A stretch of DNA of 64,000 bases from Squalus acanthias (Eukaryota): positions 124,001 to 188,000 of the forward strand of contig JASTWF010000355.1 in NCBI GenBank assembly GCA_030390025.1. Direction: 5' to 3'. Each line of letters starts with the position of its first letter. Within the stretch, counting starts at the first letter, position 1. The notes beneath the pieces are model-generated. The model was not told where the DNA came from. It did not search any database and saw only the letters and a program-made list of their open reading frames with translations. Position numbers and translations under genes: made by a program. Positions 23,561 through 37,900 of this stretch are shown here, in pieces.

Positions 23561-26500
23561 AACATACTGTTCTCACGTGATATCAAGAAATGGCTGACCG
23601 CACTGAATAAAGGAAAGGCTGTGGGCACCGACAACATCCCAGCTATCGTGCTGAAGGCTTGTGCTCCAGAACTAGTCGCGCATCTCGCCAAGCTGTTCCA
23701 GTGCAGCTACAATACTGGCATCTATCAGACAATGTGAAAAACTGCCCAGGTATGTCCTGTCCACAAAAAGCAGGATAAATCCAACCCGGCCAATTACCGC
23801 GCCATCAGTCTACCCACAATGATCAGCAAAGTGATTGAAGGTGTCGTCGAGAGAGCTATCAAGCGGCATTTACTCACCAATAACATGCTCACTGATGCCC
23901 AGTTTCGGTTCCGCCAAGACCACTCGCCTCCCGACCTCATTACAGCCTTGGCCCAAACATGGACAAAGGAGCTGAATTCCAGAGGAGAGGCGAGAGTTAT
24001 TGCCCTTGACATCAAGGCAGCATTTATAGAGTCATAGAGTTATAGAGTTATACAGCACAGAAAGAGACCCTTCGGCACATCGTGTCCGCGCCGGCCATCA
24101 AGCCCTGTCTATTTTAATCCCATTTTCCAGCACTTGTTCCGTAGCCTTGTATGCTATGTCGTTTCAAGTGAGCATCTAAATGCTTCTTGAATGTTGTGAG
24201 GGTTCCTGCCTCTACCACCCTTTTTTGGCAGTGAGTTCCAGATTCCAACCAACCTCGGGGTGAAAAAGTTTTTCCTTAAATCTCCTCTAAACCTCGTGGT
24301 ACCTTACCTTCAAACTATGCCCCCTGGTTATTGATCACACTACAAAGGGGAAAAGTTCCTTTCTATCTACCTCATCTTTGCCCCTCATAATTTTGTACAC
24401 CTCAATCAGGTCCCCCCTCAGCCTCCTCTACTCTAAGGAAAACCACCCCAGCTTGTCCAGTCTCTCTTCATAACTGAAGCGCTGCAGCCCAGGTAACATC
24501 TTGGTGAATCTCCTCTGCACCATCTGCAATGCAATCACATCCTTCCTATAGTGTGGCGAACGAAACTGCACACGGTATTCCAGCTGTGGACTAACTGGCG
24601 TTTTGTACAGCTCCATCATAACCTCCCTGCTCTTATATTTTATGCCTCGCCTAATGAAGGCAAGTATCCCATATGACTTTTTAACCATCTTAAATAGCTG
24701 TCCTGCTGCCATCAGGGATCTAGGTACATGCACACCAAGGTCCCTCTGATCCTTTGTCCTTCCTAGGGTCCTACCATTCATTGTGTATTCCCTTGCCTTG
24801 TTAGTCCTCCCAAAATGCATCACCTCACACTTTTCAGGGTTAAATTCCATTTGCAACTGTTCTGCCCATCTGACCAAACCGTCTATATCGTCCTGAAGCC
24901 TGAGGCTTCCCTCCTCGCTATTTACCACCCCACCAATTTTCGTGTCATCTGCAAACTTACTGATCATACCTCCTACATTCCTATCTAAATCATTAATGTA
25001 CACTACAAACAGCAAAGGACCTAGTTCCGATCCCTGCGGTACACCACTGGACACAGGCTTCCAGTCACAAAAACAACCTTCGATTGTCATCCTCTGCCTC
25101 CTGCCACTAAGCCAATTTTAGATCCAATGTGCCAGGTAGCCCTGGATCCCATGGGCCTTTACCTTCTTGACCAGTCTCCCATGCGGGACTTCCTCAAATG
25201 CCTTACTGAAGTCCATGTAGACCACATCAACTGCACTACCCTCATCCACACACCTAGTCACCCCCTCGAAAAATTCAATCAAATTGGTCAGACATGATCG
25301 CCCCCTGACAAAGCCAGGCTGACTATCCTTGATTAATCCATGCCTCTCCAAGTGGAGAAAAATTCTGTCCCTTAGAATGTTTTCCAATAATTTCCCTACC
25401 ACTGTTGTAAGGCTCACTGGCCTGTAATTCCCTGGTTTATCCCTACTCCCCTTCTTGAATAATGATACTACGTTAGCTGTTCTCCAGTCTGCTGGCACCT
25501 CCCCTGTGGCCAGAGAGGTTCTGAAAATTTGTGTCTGAACCCCTGCAATCTCCTCCCTTGCCTCACATAGCAGCCTGGGATACATCTCGTCTGGGCCTGG
25601 GGTTTTATCCACTTTTAAACCTGCTAAAACCGGCAGTACCTCCTCCCTCTCAATACTAATTTGTTCAAGTATATCACAATCCCCCTGCCTGATTTATATG
25701 CCTACCTCGTCCTTCTCCATAGTGAACACAGATGCAAAATATTGCTTTAAAACCCCACCTACATCTTCTGGCTGTACACACAGATTGACCATTTGGTCCC
25801 TAATGGGCCCTACACATTCCCTGGTTATCCTCTTGCCCTTAATATACTTATAAAACGCCTTTCGATTTTCCTTTATTCTGCCCATCAGTGTTATTTGATG
25901 CCCCCACTTCGCGCTCCTAATTTTTTTTGAATGACCCAACTGCACTTTTTATATACCTCTTGGGCTTCCACTGTTCTTCGTCCTTTGCATTTGCCAAAAG
26001 CCTCCATTTGTTTCCTAATCCATTCTCGTATATCCCTTGACATCCAGGGTTCCCTGGGCTTGTTGGTCCCACCCTTGACCTTTACGTGAACATGTTGCCG
26101 TTGTACTCTCTCTATTTCCTTTCTGAAAGACTCCCACTGCTCTGATGTGGATTTTCCTACAAGTAGTTGATAGCAGTTGACTTTTGCCAGATCCTGCCCA
26201 ATCATATTAAAATCGCCCTTCCCCCAATTTAGAACATTTATCTCCGGTCCATCTTTGTCCTTTTCCATGACTACCTTAAATCTCACCGAATTATAGTCAC
26301 TGTCACCAAAATGCTCCCCTACTAACACTTCTACCACTTGCACAGCTACATTCCCTAGAATTAGGTCCAGTACCGCCCCCTCTCTTGTAGTACTTTCTAC
26401 ATGCTGGCTCAAAAAGCTCTCCTGGATGCACTTTAAGAATTGCACACCCTCTAAGCCTTTCACACTCTGACTATCCCAGTTAATATTGGGGAAGTTGAAA

Positions 26501-27775
26501 TCCCCTACTATTATTACCCTCTTATTTCTCTGAGATTTGCCTAGATATCTGTTCCTCTATATCCCCTGACTGTTTGGGTGCATCTCGTACACTCCCAGCA
26601 AAGTGCTTGCCCCCTTTTTGTTTTTAAGGTCTGCCCATATGGACTCATTAGAGGTACCTGCTAAGATATCATCCCTCCTTACCGAGTGTGGCTTCAAGGA
26701 GCCCTAGTAAAACTGAAGTCAATCGGAATCAGGGAGAAAACGCTTCACTGGCTGAAGTCATAGCTACCACAAAAGAAGATGGTTGTGGTGGTTGAAGGTC
26801 AATCATCACAGCCCCAGGACATCGCTGCAAGAGTTCCTCAGGGCACTGTCCTAGGCCCAACGACCTTCAGCTGCTTCATCAATGACCTTCCCTCCAAACT
26901 AAGTTCAGAAATGGGGCTGTTCAATGATGACTGCACAGTGTTCAGCGCCATTCACAACTCCTCAGATACTGAAGCAGTCCATGGCCGCATGCAACAAGGC
27001 CTGGACCGCGTTCGCTCCACAGAAGTGCTATGCAATGACTATCACCAACAACTGAGACACTAAGCGCCTCCCCTTGACATTCAACGGCATTTTCAGCACC
27101 GAATCCCCCACCATCAACATCCTGGGGGTTCGCCATTGATCAGAAACCTAATTGGACCAGCCACATAGATAATGTAGCAACAAGAGCAGGTCAGAGGCCA
27201 AGTATTCTGCGGCGAGTGTCTCACCTCCTGACTCCCCAAAGCCTTTCCATCTTCTACAAGTCTCAAGTAAGCAGTGTGATGGAATACTCTCCACTTGCCT
27301 GGCTGAGTGCAGCTGCAACAACACTCAAGAAGCTCGACATCATCCAGGACAAAGCAACCCGTTTCATTACCTTAAACATTCACCCCCTCCACCACCGGCG
27401 TACCATGGCTGCAGTGTGTACCATCTACAAAATGCACTGCAGCAACTCGCCAAGGCTTCTTCGGCAGCACATCCCAAAACCCGCGACCTCTTCCACCTTG
27501 GTGGACAAAGGCAGCAGTGGCATGGGAACACGACCACCTCCAAGTTCCCCTCCAAGTCACACACCATCCTGACTTAGAAGTATATCGCCAATACTTCATC
27601 GTCGCTGCTCAAAATCCTGGAACTCCCTCCCTGACAGCACTGTGGGAGTACCTACACCACACGGACTGCAGCAGTTCAAGAAGGCGGCTCACCACCACCT
27701 TCTCAAGGGCAATTAGGGATGGGCAATAAATGCTGGCCTTCCCTGCGACGCCAGATGCCATTAACGAATACAAAT
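23560..27775 (+). mobile_element. LINE family A (RT plus 3' tail), split by a nested CR1 at 24026-26680
   Basis: ALDIKAAF stops at 24025 and resumes at 26681 (accgagtgtgg, DRVW); VPQGTVLGP; 3' tail gggcaataaatgctggcc at ~27720-27740. Confidence 0.9.
24026..26680 (-). mobile_element. CR1 LINE ORF2 (partial endonuclease, RT) with 3' microsatellite tail
   Basis: ORFs 24428..25090 (GVPQGS, KFADDTK), 25118..25612 and 25891..26463; (atagagtt/c)n tail at 24026-24050. Confidence 0.95.
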
Positions 27776-28169
27776 TAAAACAAATTTTATGGGATGGACA
27801 ATGGACGCATGGAACCTGGAAAAGGATGCCACATGAGACTATATCGAATGCTGTTGGAAGGTGAATGATGGACAAGGAAGTGTTACATACCATGGTCACA
27901 GTCACAGAGATTGTAGTTTGTGACTGTTCAGGGCAGATTAGAGTTACATCGAAACTGCAGCAGAGAAACAGTCCATTCGGCTCGTGGTCTATGCTGTGTT
28001 TATACTGCACGGGAGACTCCTCCCACTCTGATTACATATTGACCCCGTATCCACATATACATTCGATGCGTTAGACTCGCGACACCAATATTAAATAACA
28101 TTCAGAGCGCCGGAGAACCCATCCTCCTGGAATGAATTGAGCGAGTTTGACGCACTCCCCTCACTACAG

Positions 28170-28935
28170 AAAAAAATGAGGTTATTCACGTTGGAGCGAA
28201 AAAGGATAGATCAGAGAATTTTCTAAATGGTTAGAAGTTAGGAACTGTGAATGAGCAGAGAGAACTCGGGGTCCAAGTACAGAAATCACTAGAAGCTAGT
28301 TGATACAAAAAATGAGTAAAATGCTAGTGGAATGTTGGGATTTATCTCGAGGGCTGGAATACAAAGGGGCAGAAGTTCTGTTCAAGATGTACAGAGCTCT
28401 GGTTCGATCCATTTCGAGAACCGCACCTTGGCAACAATATCTTGGCTTTGGAGGTGGTGCAGCTCAGATTCACCAGAATGATACCGGGGCTAATAGCTTT
28501 AAATTATGAGGATAGATTGCATTGACGAAGCATTTATTATCTTGATTATACAAAGTTAAGGGGTGATCTAATTCAAGTGTTTAAGGTGATCAAAGGAATT
28601 GCTAGCACAGAAAGTGATAAACTATGTCCTTTGATGGACCAGTCCAGGAAAAGGAGGCATAACCTTAAACGCAGACCGAGGGCATTAAGGGGTGATATTA
28701 AAAGCATTTCTTCAGACACAGTGTATTGGAAATCTGGAACACTCGCCCTCAAAAAGCTGTTGAGTTTCGGTCAATTGAAAATGAAAAACTGTGATTGATA
28801 GATTTATGTTAGGCAATGGTATTTAGGGTTATGGAAACAAGGTGGGGAGATGGAGTTAAGATACAGCTCAGCCATGATCGAATTGAATGGAGGAACAAGC
28901 TAGAATGAATGAGTGGCCTACTTCTGTTCCTATGT
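28170..28935 (+). mobile_element. Old CR1 3' fragment
   Basis: RGLEYK...MYRALVR motif; ends ggcctacttctgttcctatgttc. Confidence 0.75.
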
Positions 28936-28939
28936 TCCT

Positions 28940-30130
28940 GTGACTCTATTTATAAAGCCAATGCTCCCATATACGTTTCTCCAGGCCTTATCGTCCTGTC
29001 CTGCCACTGTATCTATACCCCCAAGATTTACTGTTCCTGCAACCCCTTTAAATTGTACCAGTTGGTTTAAATTGCATCGCCTCATTCTTCCTTCCAAAAT
29101 GCAGCATTTCCCACTTCTCTGCATTAAATTTCACCTGCCATGTGTCTACCCATTTCACCAGTGTCTCTATTTCCTCCTGAAATCTTCTGCTATCCTCCTC
29201 ACGGTTTACGACTTTTCTGAGATTCGTGTCATCGACAAACTTTTAAATGATGCCCTGTATACCTAAGTCCATGTCACTAAAATATATCAAAAAGAGCAGT
29301 GGTCCTAATACCGACCCCTGGGGACACTGTATACTTCCCTCCAGTGTGAACAATATCGGTTCACAACCACTTTACGTTTTCTGTCCCTTCGCCAATTTAG
29401 CATCCACGCTGCCACTGCTCCTTTAATATCATTGGCTTCAATTTTGTTAACCAGTCTATTATGAGGTACTTTATCAAACGTCTTCTGAAAGCCCATATAC
29501 AGAACATCAACTGCAGTACCGTCATCAACCCTCTCCTATTTAATCGATTAGCTCATTCAAGTTAGCCGGATTTGATTTGCCTATTAAAAAAAATCAATTT
29601 TGACTGTCGCTAATTAACCCATGTTCTTCCAAGTGACAGTTAATTTTGTTTCGGAAATTTTGTCCCGAGTAGTTTACTCAACACCGATGTTAAGCTGAGT
29701 CGCCTGTAGTTATTTGGTTCATCACTCTCTCCTTTTTTGAACAGGGAAGTAACGTTTGCAATCCTCCCGTCCTCTGGCACCTTTCCCATATCCAAGGATT
29801 GGAAGATTGTGGCAGTGCGGGTGACATTTCTACTTTGAGCCTTGTCAACCGGTTTAGTACATCGTCCTAATGGATTTATATCCTGTCCAATTTCTCTACC
29901 ACCTCCTCCTTTACTGTACGATTGGCAGCATCCTCTCCTTCAGTGAATACGAATGCAAAGTGTTAATTTAGTACCTCAGCCATGTCCTCTGCTTCCACAA
30001 GATGATTGTTTTTTTGTTCCTTAATCGGCCCCACCTTTCCTTGGACTATTCTTTCACGCTTTATATGTTTATAAAAGGCGTTAGTGTTCCCTATTATGTT
30101 ACCGCTAATCATTTTTAATAAATTCTCTTT
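28940..30130 (-). mobile_element. Old CR1 RT fragment
   Basis: FQKTFDKVPHNRLVNKI in ORF 29305..29496. Confidence 0.75.
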
Positions 30131-30549
30131 GCCCCTCTGTTGTTGCTGTTATGTGTTTGTTGCACTAGTGGCAGCGTTAGTGAAACAGCAACGTACTGAA
30201 ATTGACAAAGTCTCAAACTGGTTATACATCAACTGAATCGCTTTGACATTTCCACAGTTGGGAAAGGAAAGGCCGCTGATTGATAATGTCAATGGAAGCA
30301 CGTGTGCGGGCAGTCACACAAATGGAGAATTATGATTGTAAAACCGCAGTCAAATCTACCACTTGTATATTCATGATGTTTTCTGAGATCCCAGAGCTAC
30401 CAGCTGCTGTACTGATGGGGGAGGTCGTGACTTGATATCATGTTTAATAAGGCAACGTTCTCCTTCTCATTTTAATATTTCCCTCGAACCCTTCAATTAT
30501 TCTTATATTTCTAACAGAGTATCAAAATCTTGGAACAACTGTCACCACC

Positions 30550-30613
30550 ATGGCTGAAGGACCAGACAGGGGAGAAGATCAAACATCTTCAACAAGAATG
30601 AGATTGGGCACAG
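30550..30613 (+). CDS. NLR gene coding exon 1 (MAEGPDRGEDQTSSTRMRLGT; exon begins 30518)
   Basis: ctaacag acceptor ending 30517; strong Kozak context CACCACCATGG; CAG|GTAGGC donor; phase 1 joins the next exon in frame. Confidence 0.85.
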
Positions 30614-30639
30614 GTAGGCTCACAAAACACTTTAAAGTA

Positions 30640-32100
30640 CAATTTCTGTCCTGACGAAGGGATTGGATCTAGTGCCTGAATCTGCAGCTCACGCAGGTCG
30701 AGGTAAAAGGACAGGGGCTGAGTACAAAGAGGGAAGTGAGTGTCCATCTAGAGGGACACTGCAGTCACAGATGGAGGCAGTCTCTGAGTACTGGAACTGT
30801 CCAATAGATACCTGGTATTGGGGACTGTAAGGTGGATAGAGACAGTGACTCAGAGGTGGGTCTTCCTGAGCAACAGTGGCACCAGAGAGCAGGAGGACAC
30901 CCCGAGTGGGGCGGCGTGAGAGGCAGGTGGGGCATAGGAATAGGAGAGTGATAATGTTGGGAGATTCTATCGTCAGCGGAATAGACAGACTCCTCTGCAG
31001 CCCTGAACAGGTCAGGTATCATGTGTTACCTCCCTGGTGCCAGAGGGAAGAACATCCTGAAACGTGTGGGACCGTCTCTGGGAAGAAAAGGGGAGAAGAA
31101 AATAGCCATGGTCGGAACCAGTAACACGGATTGAAATACGTTTACAGAGGGAATATTAAGACTGAGGCATTAAATTAAGAAACCAAGCCTCAAGCTGTTA
31201 ATCTCCGGATTTATTTGCACTGGGCTGCTTAAGGAGGTTAATAAGAGGCTCGCCATTGTGCGGCTGCAGGGCTGGAGTTGGGGGAAAGGTTCACGATCTT
31301 GGGGCATTAGAGTGAGTTCAGTCGGAAGGGAAAGGACGGCCGCGATTTGAACCGACCAACAACAATGGATTTACAGAAAAGGTGAATGGTGCAGTGGGAG
31401 GGTATCAGCTGATGTGACTGGAGGATGGGGAATGTCCGGATCTGAGACTAGAGAACTGAATTAAGAAAATTGTTGAAACAGGAACACTTGGGTAGGGTTT
31501 TCCATGATGTTGACCCAGTGATGATGACGAACGGCGATATATGTCCCAGTCAGGTCGGTGTGTGACTTGGAGGTGAAATGGGAGCCGATGGTGTTCCCAT
31601 GCACCTTCTCCCTTTGTCCTCCTGGGTGCTGTGATCGATTCACTATGAGACAGGACTTAGGTTTGAACGGGACTAGGAGCGAAACGATCCTGATTATAAC
31701 ATTTTGAGGAGAGTGAAAAAATATTTGTGGATACCAGTATTACTAAAGGGTTTTATGTCCGCCCTGGAGCACTAGGATGTTCCCTGCAGTTATGTTAAGA
31801 TAGAATCTATCTGTATTCAATTAAGGAATAGGAAGGGGAATAGCACATTTCGCGGTGGGTTTTGCAGGCTATCGAGCAGTGGAGATGAGATAGAGAGGGA
31901 GGACTGTGTTGTGAGTAAACTCCTGTAATCCGAATTTGAAGGTATACTTAGTGAACACTTACAGATGCAGGAGAAGATCGGGGTGGCTGGAACCGATAAG
32001 GTGTCGATAAGTCGTGTTTGACAATTTTGGACGCAGAATTGACTGTATAGATTGACGGAATGTAGCACATGCGATGTATGTGGGTTTTCAGAAGGTGTTT
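30640..32100 (+). mobile_element. Highly degraded CR1 remnant (ORF1 SGNH/esterase region and ORF2 pieces); short LINE-A tail piece on - at ~31500-31630
   Basis: VIMLGDSIVSGIDR (GDS motif typical of CR1 ORF1) in ORF 30876..31124. Confidence 0.6.
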
Positions 32101-32126
32101 GTTAATGTGGTTCTTTGTGTTAATAG

Positions 32127-32293
32127 ATCCGAACTGGACAATCAATAAGTTCTTCACAAAGTACGACGATTACCAGCTGTTCCAGTTGACGAAATTCTAC
32201 CAGGACAGACTGGAACAGGCGGTTGAAGATGGTGTGGAGGGACTCGGTCTCTGGTTAACAGGCGAGGACCATTTCAGTGGACAAGAGTATCAC
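32127..32293 (+). CDS. NLR coding exon 2, N-terminal half of CARD-like domain (DPNWTINKFF...LTKFYQDRLEQAVEDGVEGLGLWLTGEDHFSGQEYH)
   Basis: TAG acceptor, CAC|GTGAGT donor; 167 bp, phase 1 to 0; open frame. Confidence 0.88.
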
Positions 32294-32349
32294 GTGAGTG
32301 AGAGGGACACAGAATGAGTTTAGATTATTCTAATATCACAGAACTGACA

Positions 32350-33800
32350 AAATATCCTAATATAGGAACAAAGCAATTACTCGTTTGAAAAAAGATCACG
32401 GTCTATGTAATTCCCCCCCGAACATCCTGGTAGTCGAATGCTACAATTATAATGGAGTTGTTGACTAATCGATCTCTGTCAATTAGTGCACAACAGACCC
32501 AGACATGAGGTGAGGAAAACCCCAGAGGTGGAGAGCTCTGGGAACCGTAGATCCAAAGGCACCTGTTCCTCCCAAGCATGCTGCACTTACCACATCTCGT
32601 ATCTCAAATTACTCATACACTGCACCTCAAAATGTGATTTTCTGAAATAAATCTATATAATTTGTCGTTTAATGAATCAATATTAACTGCTTCCGCCATC
32701 TCCCTAGGGAGCCTATTCCCCAGATTGACCACTCGCTCACTGAAATATTGTTCCACAGACTAGTTTTGAATTTACCCTCCAAGCGCAGGCCGTGTCCTCT
32801 GATTCTACTATACTGGACAAAGTGAAACAGCGATCATATCACCTCTCAACCTTTTCTCTGCCAGTGAGAACATGTACAATTTACACAATGGCCCAAAAAG
32901 TCGTGAGGAAGCCTTCGTGCGAGGGTAAGGCTTCCCCGCGATCTCTCACTGCGTGTTGGCTTTTTCAGTTGCAGCTCGCACGAACTTGATGTTCTGGACA
33001 GCTGCTGTGCTGGGCTTGCGAATCCCATAGGCGGAGTAAATTCGTGCGAGCTGTGGGATCACGTGACTCAGTTAGAGCCAATGGCAGCACACCATCTTCC
33101 ATTCATAACTTTCACATAAGTGCTGTGAAAGCTATGAATCTATTCCCCCCCAAAAGAACAGCTAAACCTCAATTAAATTTAAAAAAAAACATCACGTAAA
33201 TAAAATAAGTATAGTTAAATAAATTAACCATTTTAAATAAAAAATAAAATTTTTGAAAAAATTTAAAATCTTTTAAAAAGTTATAAAAATAAACTTACCT
33301 GTCTTTAAAGTCTCTAAAAAGATATACCTGTTAAAAAAAATTCAAAATAATACTTAATTCACGACTTACCTTGTTAAAAGTGGGTCTTACTCCTCCTTTT
33401 TTTATGTGTAAAATCTTCCGTACTTACCTGCGCGTTGAAACCACTAAGTGCACAGCGTGCACGCAGCCTGTAGCGCGCACGCGGTTCACCTAGGAACCTC
33501 CCCCTTTTCCATTCGCCAAGTGCCGGTTTTCGGCGCATGCGCAGTGCATGCAGAAAACCGGCAATTGGAGACAGAATACGCGAGAGTACACAGTGCGTAC
33601 TCTCGCGTAGCGGCACTATTTTTTGGGCGAATAGCTCCTCCTAATCCAACCCCTCCACCCTGGCAATCATTCTAGTTGGCCTCTTCAATAGCTGCGATAA
33701 CCTTTTTGTACTGAGGCAATCAGAATTGTACACAGAATACTCAGTGCGGTCACACCAATGGTTAATAAAGTAGCGGGATTATCTCACTACATCTGCTTAA
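32350..33800 (-). mobile_element. Old CR1 3' fragment hosting a MITE
   Basis: CR1-like 3' sequence on both sides of the MITE (ccagattgaccactcgc..., cagaattgtacacagaatactcagtgcggtc). Confidence 0.55.
32890..33629. mobile_element. MITE copy 2 (same family as 4831-5573)
   Basis: TIRs GGCCCAAAAA / TTTTTGGGCG; TSD AAT (32887-32889, 33630-33632); high identity to copy 1. Confidence 0.87.
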
Positions 33801-34354
33801 TATTGATCTGTTAGCACATCCAAAATCTGATTTTCTTTCCTCACTGACACTGAGATTTGTTGCAATATCAAATATTGGAATCTGAGAATGTTACAGAATG
33901 GAATTAGCAAAATATCAAATAAATGGATAAAACTGCAAATATTGTGAAACTGTAACAATGATACGAAGAGGTGAAAATACCCGGCGGATCCGTCAGTATC
34001 TGTACAAAGGACAGGGGCACTGTCCGGGTATAACTCTTGAGTGGATGGAAAACAAAAGGGAAACCGTTTTATTGGGACTGGGAGAAGGAGAGACCAGAGA
34101 CAATAGACAGGAGTTAGAGGGAAGGCAATGAGCTGAGTGACCAAAAAGCTACTTAATCGTAAATCGGGGAATTGTCAGATGACACAAAAAGTCACCTCTA
34201 GGATAAAGAAAAGACATTAAAAAACAGCAGAGCTCATATGGTGAAATATTGAGACACAAAGAAAGGAAACAAGGGGGAAAAAAGCAGTGTTGGGATGGAA
34301 AAACAGGACTGTCTCCGAACAATACAGTGCAATTGTTTGTTTTCTCCTCCGAGT

Positions 34355-36682
34355 CACCGAGGTTAATCCCAACCTCCTGCTCACTACCCATGACCGTTAA
34401 TATCTCACCTAGACTAATCCCAACCTCCTGGTCACTACCCATGACCGTTAATATCCCACCTAGTCTAATCCCAACCTCTTGCTCACTACCCATGACCGTT
34501 AATATCCCACCTAGTCTAATCCCAACCTCTTGCTCACTACCCATGACCGTTAATATCCCACCTAGTTTAATCCCGACCTCCTGGTCACGACCCATTACCG
34601 TTAATATCCCACCTAGTCTAAGCCCAACTTCCTGCTCACTGACCATTACAGTTAATATCCCACCTAGTCTAATCCCAACCTCCTGCTCACAACCCATTAC
34701 CGTTAATATCCCACCTAGTCTAATCCCAACCTCCTGCTCACAACCCATTACCGTTAATATCCCACCTAGTCTAATCCCAACCTCCTGCTCAATGACCATT
34801 ACCGTTAATATCCCACCTAGTCTAATCCCAACCTCCTGCTCAATGACCATTACCGTTAATATCCCACCGAGTCTAATCCCAACCTCCTGCTCACAACCCA
34901 TTACTGTTAATATCCCACCGAGACTAATCCCAACCTCCTGCTCACTGCCCATTACTGTTAATATCACACCTAGTCTAATCCCAAACTCCTGCTAACTGAC
35001 CATTACCGTTAATATCCTACCCAGTATAATCCCAACCACCTGCTCACAACCCATTACCGTTAATATCCCACCTTGTCTAATCCCAACCTCCTGCTCATTA
35101 CCCATTGCCTATAATATCCCACCTAGTCGAATACTAAATTCCTGCTCACTGCCCATTATCGTTAATATCCCACCTAGTCTAATCGCAAACAACTGCTCAC
35201 TGCCCATTACCGTTAATATCCCACCTAGTCTAATCCCAACCTCCTGCTCACTACCCATTATCGTTAATATCCCACCTAGTCTAATCCCAACCACCTGCTC
35301 ACGACCCATTACCTTTAATATCCCAACCGGTCTAATCCCAACCTCCTGCTCACTGCCCATTATCGTTAATATCCCACCTGGTCTAATCCCAACTTTCAGC
35401 TCACTACCAATTACCGTTAATATCAAACCCAGTCTAATCCCAACCTCCTGCTCACTACACATTACTGTTAATATCCCACCTAGTCTAAGCCCAACCACCT
35501 GCTCATTAACCATTACCGTTAATATCCCACCTAATTTAATTCCAACCTGCTGCTCACTACCCATTACGGTTAATATCCCACCTAGTCTAATCCCAACCTC
35601 CTGCTCATTGCCCATTACCGTTAATATCCCACGTAGTCTAATCCCAACCTCTTGCTCACTGCCCATTACCGTTCAGAAGCCACCTAGTCTAATCCCAACC
35701 TTCTGCTCACTACCCATTACCTTCAATATCCCAACTAGTCTAATCACAACCTCCTGCTCACTACCCATTACCGTTAATATCCCAGCCAGTCTAATCCCAA
35801 CCTCCTGCTCACTACCAATTACCGTTAATATCACACCCAGTCTATTCACAACCTCCTGCTCACTACACATTACCGTTAACATCCCACCTAGTCTAATCAC
35901 AACCTCCTGCTCACTCACCATTACCGTTAACATCCCATCTAGTCTAATCCCAACCTCCTGTGCTCTGCCCATTACCGTAAATATCCCAACTAGTCTAATC
36001 CCAATTTCCTGCTCACTACCCATTACCGTTAATATCCCACCTCGTCTAATCCCAACCTCCTGCTCATTACCCATTGCCGTTAATATCCCACCTAGTCTAA
36101 TACCAATTTCCTGCTCACTGCTCATTACCGTAAATATCCCACCTAGTCTAATCCCAAACAACTGTTCACAGCCCATTACCGTTAATATCCCACCTAGTCT
36201 AATCCCAACCTCCTCCTCACTACCCATTATCTTTAATGTCCCACCTAGTCTAATTCCAACCTGCTGCTCACTACCCATTACCTTTAATATCCCACCCAGT
36301 CTAATCCCAACCTGCTGCTCACTAACCGTGACAGTTAATAACCCACCGAGTCTAATTCCAACCTCCTGCTCATTACCCATTTCCGTTAATATCCCACCTA
36401 GTCTAATACCAATTTCCTGCTCACTGCCCATTACCGTTAATATCCCACCTAGTCTATTCCCAAACAACTGTTCACTACCCATTATCGTTAATATTCCACC
36501 TAGTCTAATTCCAACCTCCTGCTCACTACCCATTATCGTTAATATCCCACCTAGTCTAATCCCAAACAACTGTTCATCACCCATTAACATTAATATCCCA
36601 CCTTGTCGAATCCCAACCTCCTGCTCACTACCCATTAACATTAACATCCCACCTTGTCTAATCCCAACCTCCTGCTCACTCC
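34355..36682 (+). repeat. Minisatellite, 51-bp unit CCCACCTAGTCTAATCCCAACCTCCTGCTCACTACCCATTACCGTTAATAT (~45 units)
   Basis: Direct periodicity; produces 17-aa repeat ORFs on both strands. Confidence 0.96.
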
Positions 36683-36689
36683 ATGAACT

Positions 36690-37900
36690 CCAACAATCCT
36701 TTATATCCAAAACAATCGAATTATCATTTAAAACAATTTATCGACTTGCTTCCTCAAAAGTGTTTGTGAATACATTATACTTTCTAACCGCCATGTACGG
36801 AAATAAATGTGTCCACCCTCACCGATATACTTCGAATAATCCCTCTGACCAAACAGTTGTAACACTCTGCAAAGATTTCTTTCATTATAGGCTTTGAGTA
36901 ACTGAAGACCTCCATCAACTTCTCGCCTGATCCGTTCAACTCGCGAAGCATGAGTCCTAAATTCTCAAATCCCCTCTATAACAGGAATTCCACATCCCAG
37001 TGAACCTGCTGAGCAGTTTTTCAAGGAATTTTGTTTCCTTCCGATAATTGAGTTTCCAAAACTATACAGAACTTGGTAAATGACCTGCCCCTGCGCTCTT
37101 GGTGTGGTACGTCACTCTCTGCTCCAGTTAAACTTTGGGAAGACTGATGCCAGCGTCTGCTACCCCACCACAAATTCCGTCTCCTCGTCGCTTGAGTCCA
37201 TCTCCCTCCGTGGCCATGGCCGGTGTCTAAGCCAGGCTGTTCGCAATCTTCGCATCCAACCTTGAGCTGAACTCCCTGCACCATATACTCGCCATCACAA
37301 TGATCCCCTACTTCTATCTCCGTAACTTTGCCCACCCCTGCCTCAGCCCATCTCTAAACCCGACTGTTCCAATGCTCCCCTGGTCAGCCTCCCTCCTTGC
37401 ACGCTCTCTAATCTTCAGCAACTGCAAAATTCTGCTGCCTGCAACCTGCCCAGGTGTCATTCAGATATCACTCGTGTGCTCACTCACCTTTCATGTCGCC
37501 CGTTCCTCGAATTCCTTCATTTTAATATTCCCATGCTTCTCTTTAAATAACTTTCGTACCTCGACCTTCCTATCTCTGTTACCCACTCCAGCCCTACAAC
37601 CTCCCGTGCCACTGCAATTCTCCGTTGCTCTGACACTGTCCTCTTGTGCACCCAGTCCTTCACACCACCACTGGTGGCTTAGCGTTTAGTTGTCTTGTGC
37701 CCCACGCTCAGGAATTCACTCCATCAAACCCGCCGCCTCTCCACCTCCCTCTACTCCTTAACCCTTACCTTTCCTCTAGCTTCTGACAACATCTGCTGAT
37801 TTATTCTTCTTTGTCTCGGGTTCATTGTCTGATTCCGCCTCTCTGAAACACCCTGGGACGATATTCTACTTTAAAAGCCCTATATAAATGTAAGTTGGTG
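36690..37900 (+). mobile_element. Highly degraded L2 LINE 3' portion
   Basis: LLQLNFGKT and YFYLRNFA motifs; L2-like tail aaagccctatataaatgtaagttg. Confidence 0.6.

Noticed and set aside
34149..36897. Long ORFs (185-429 aa) with 17-aa repeats on both strands
   Set aside because: By-product of a 51-bp (3n) minisatellite inside an intron; both strands are open, with scattered stops and no splice or domain evidence.
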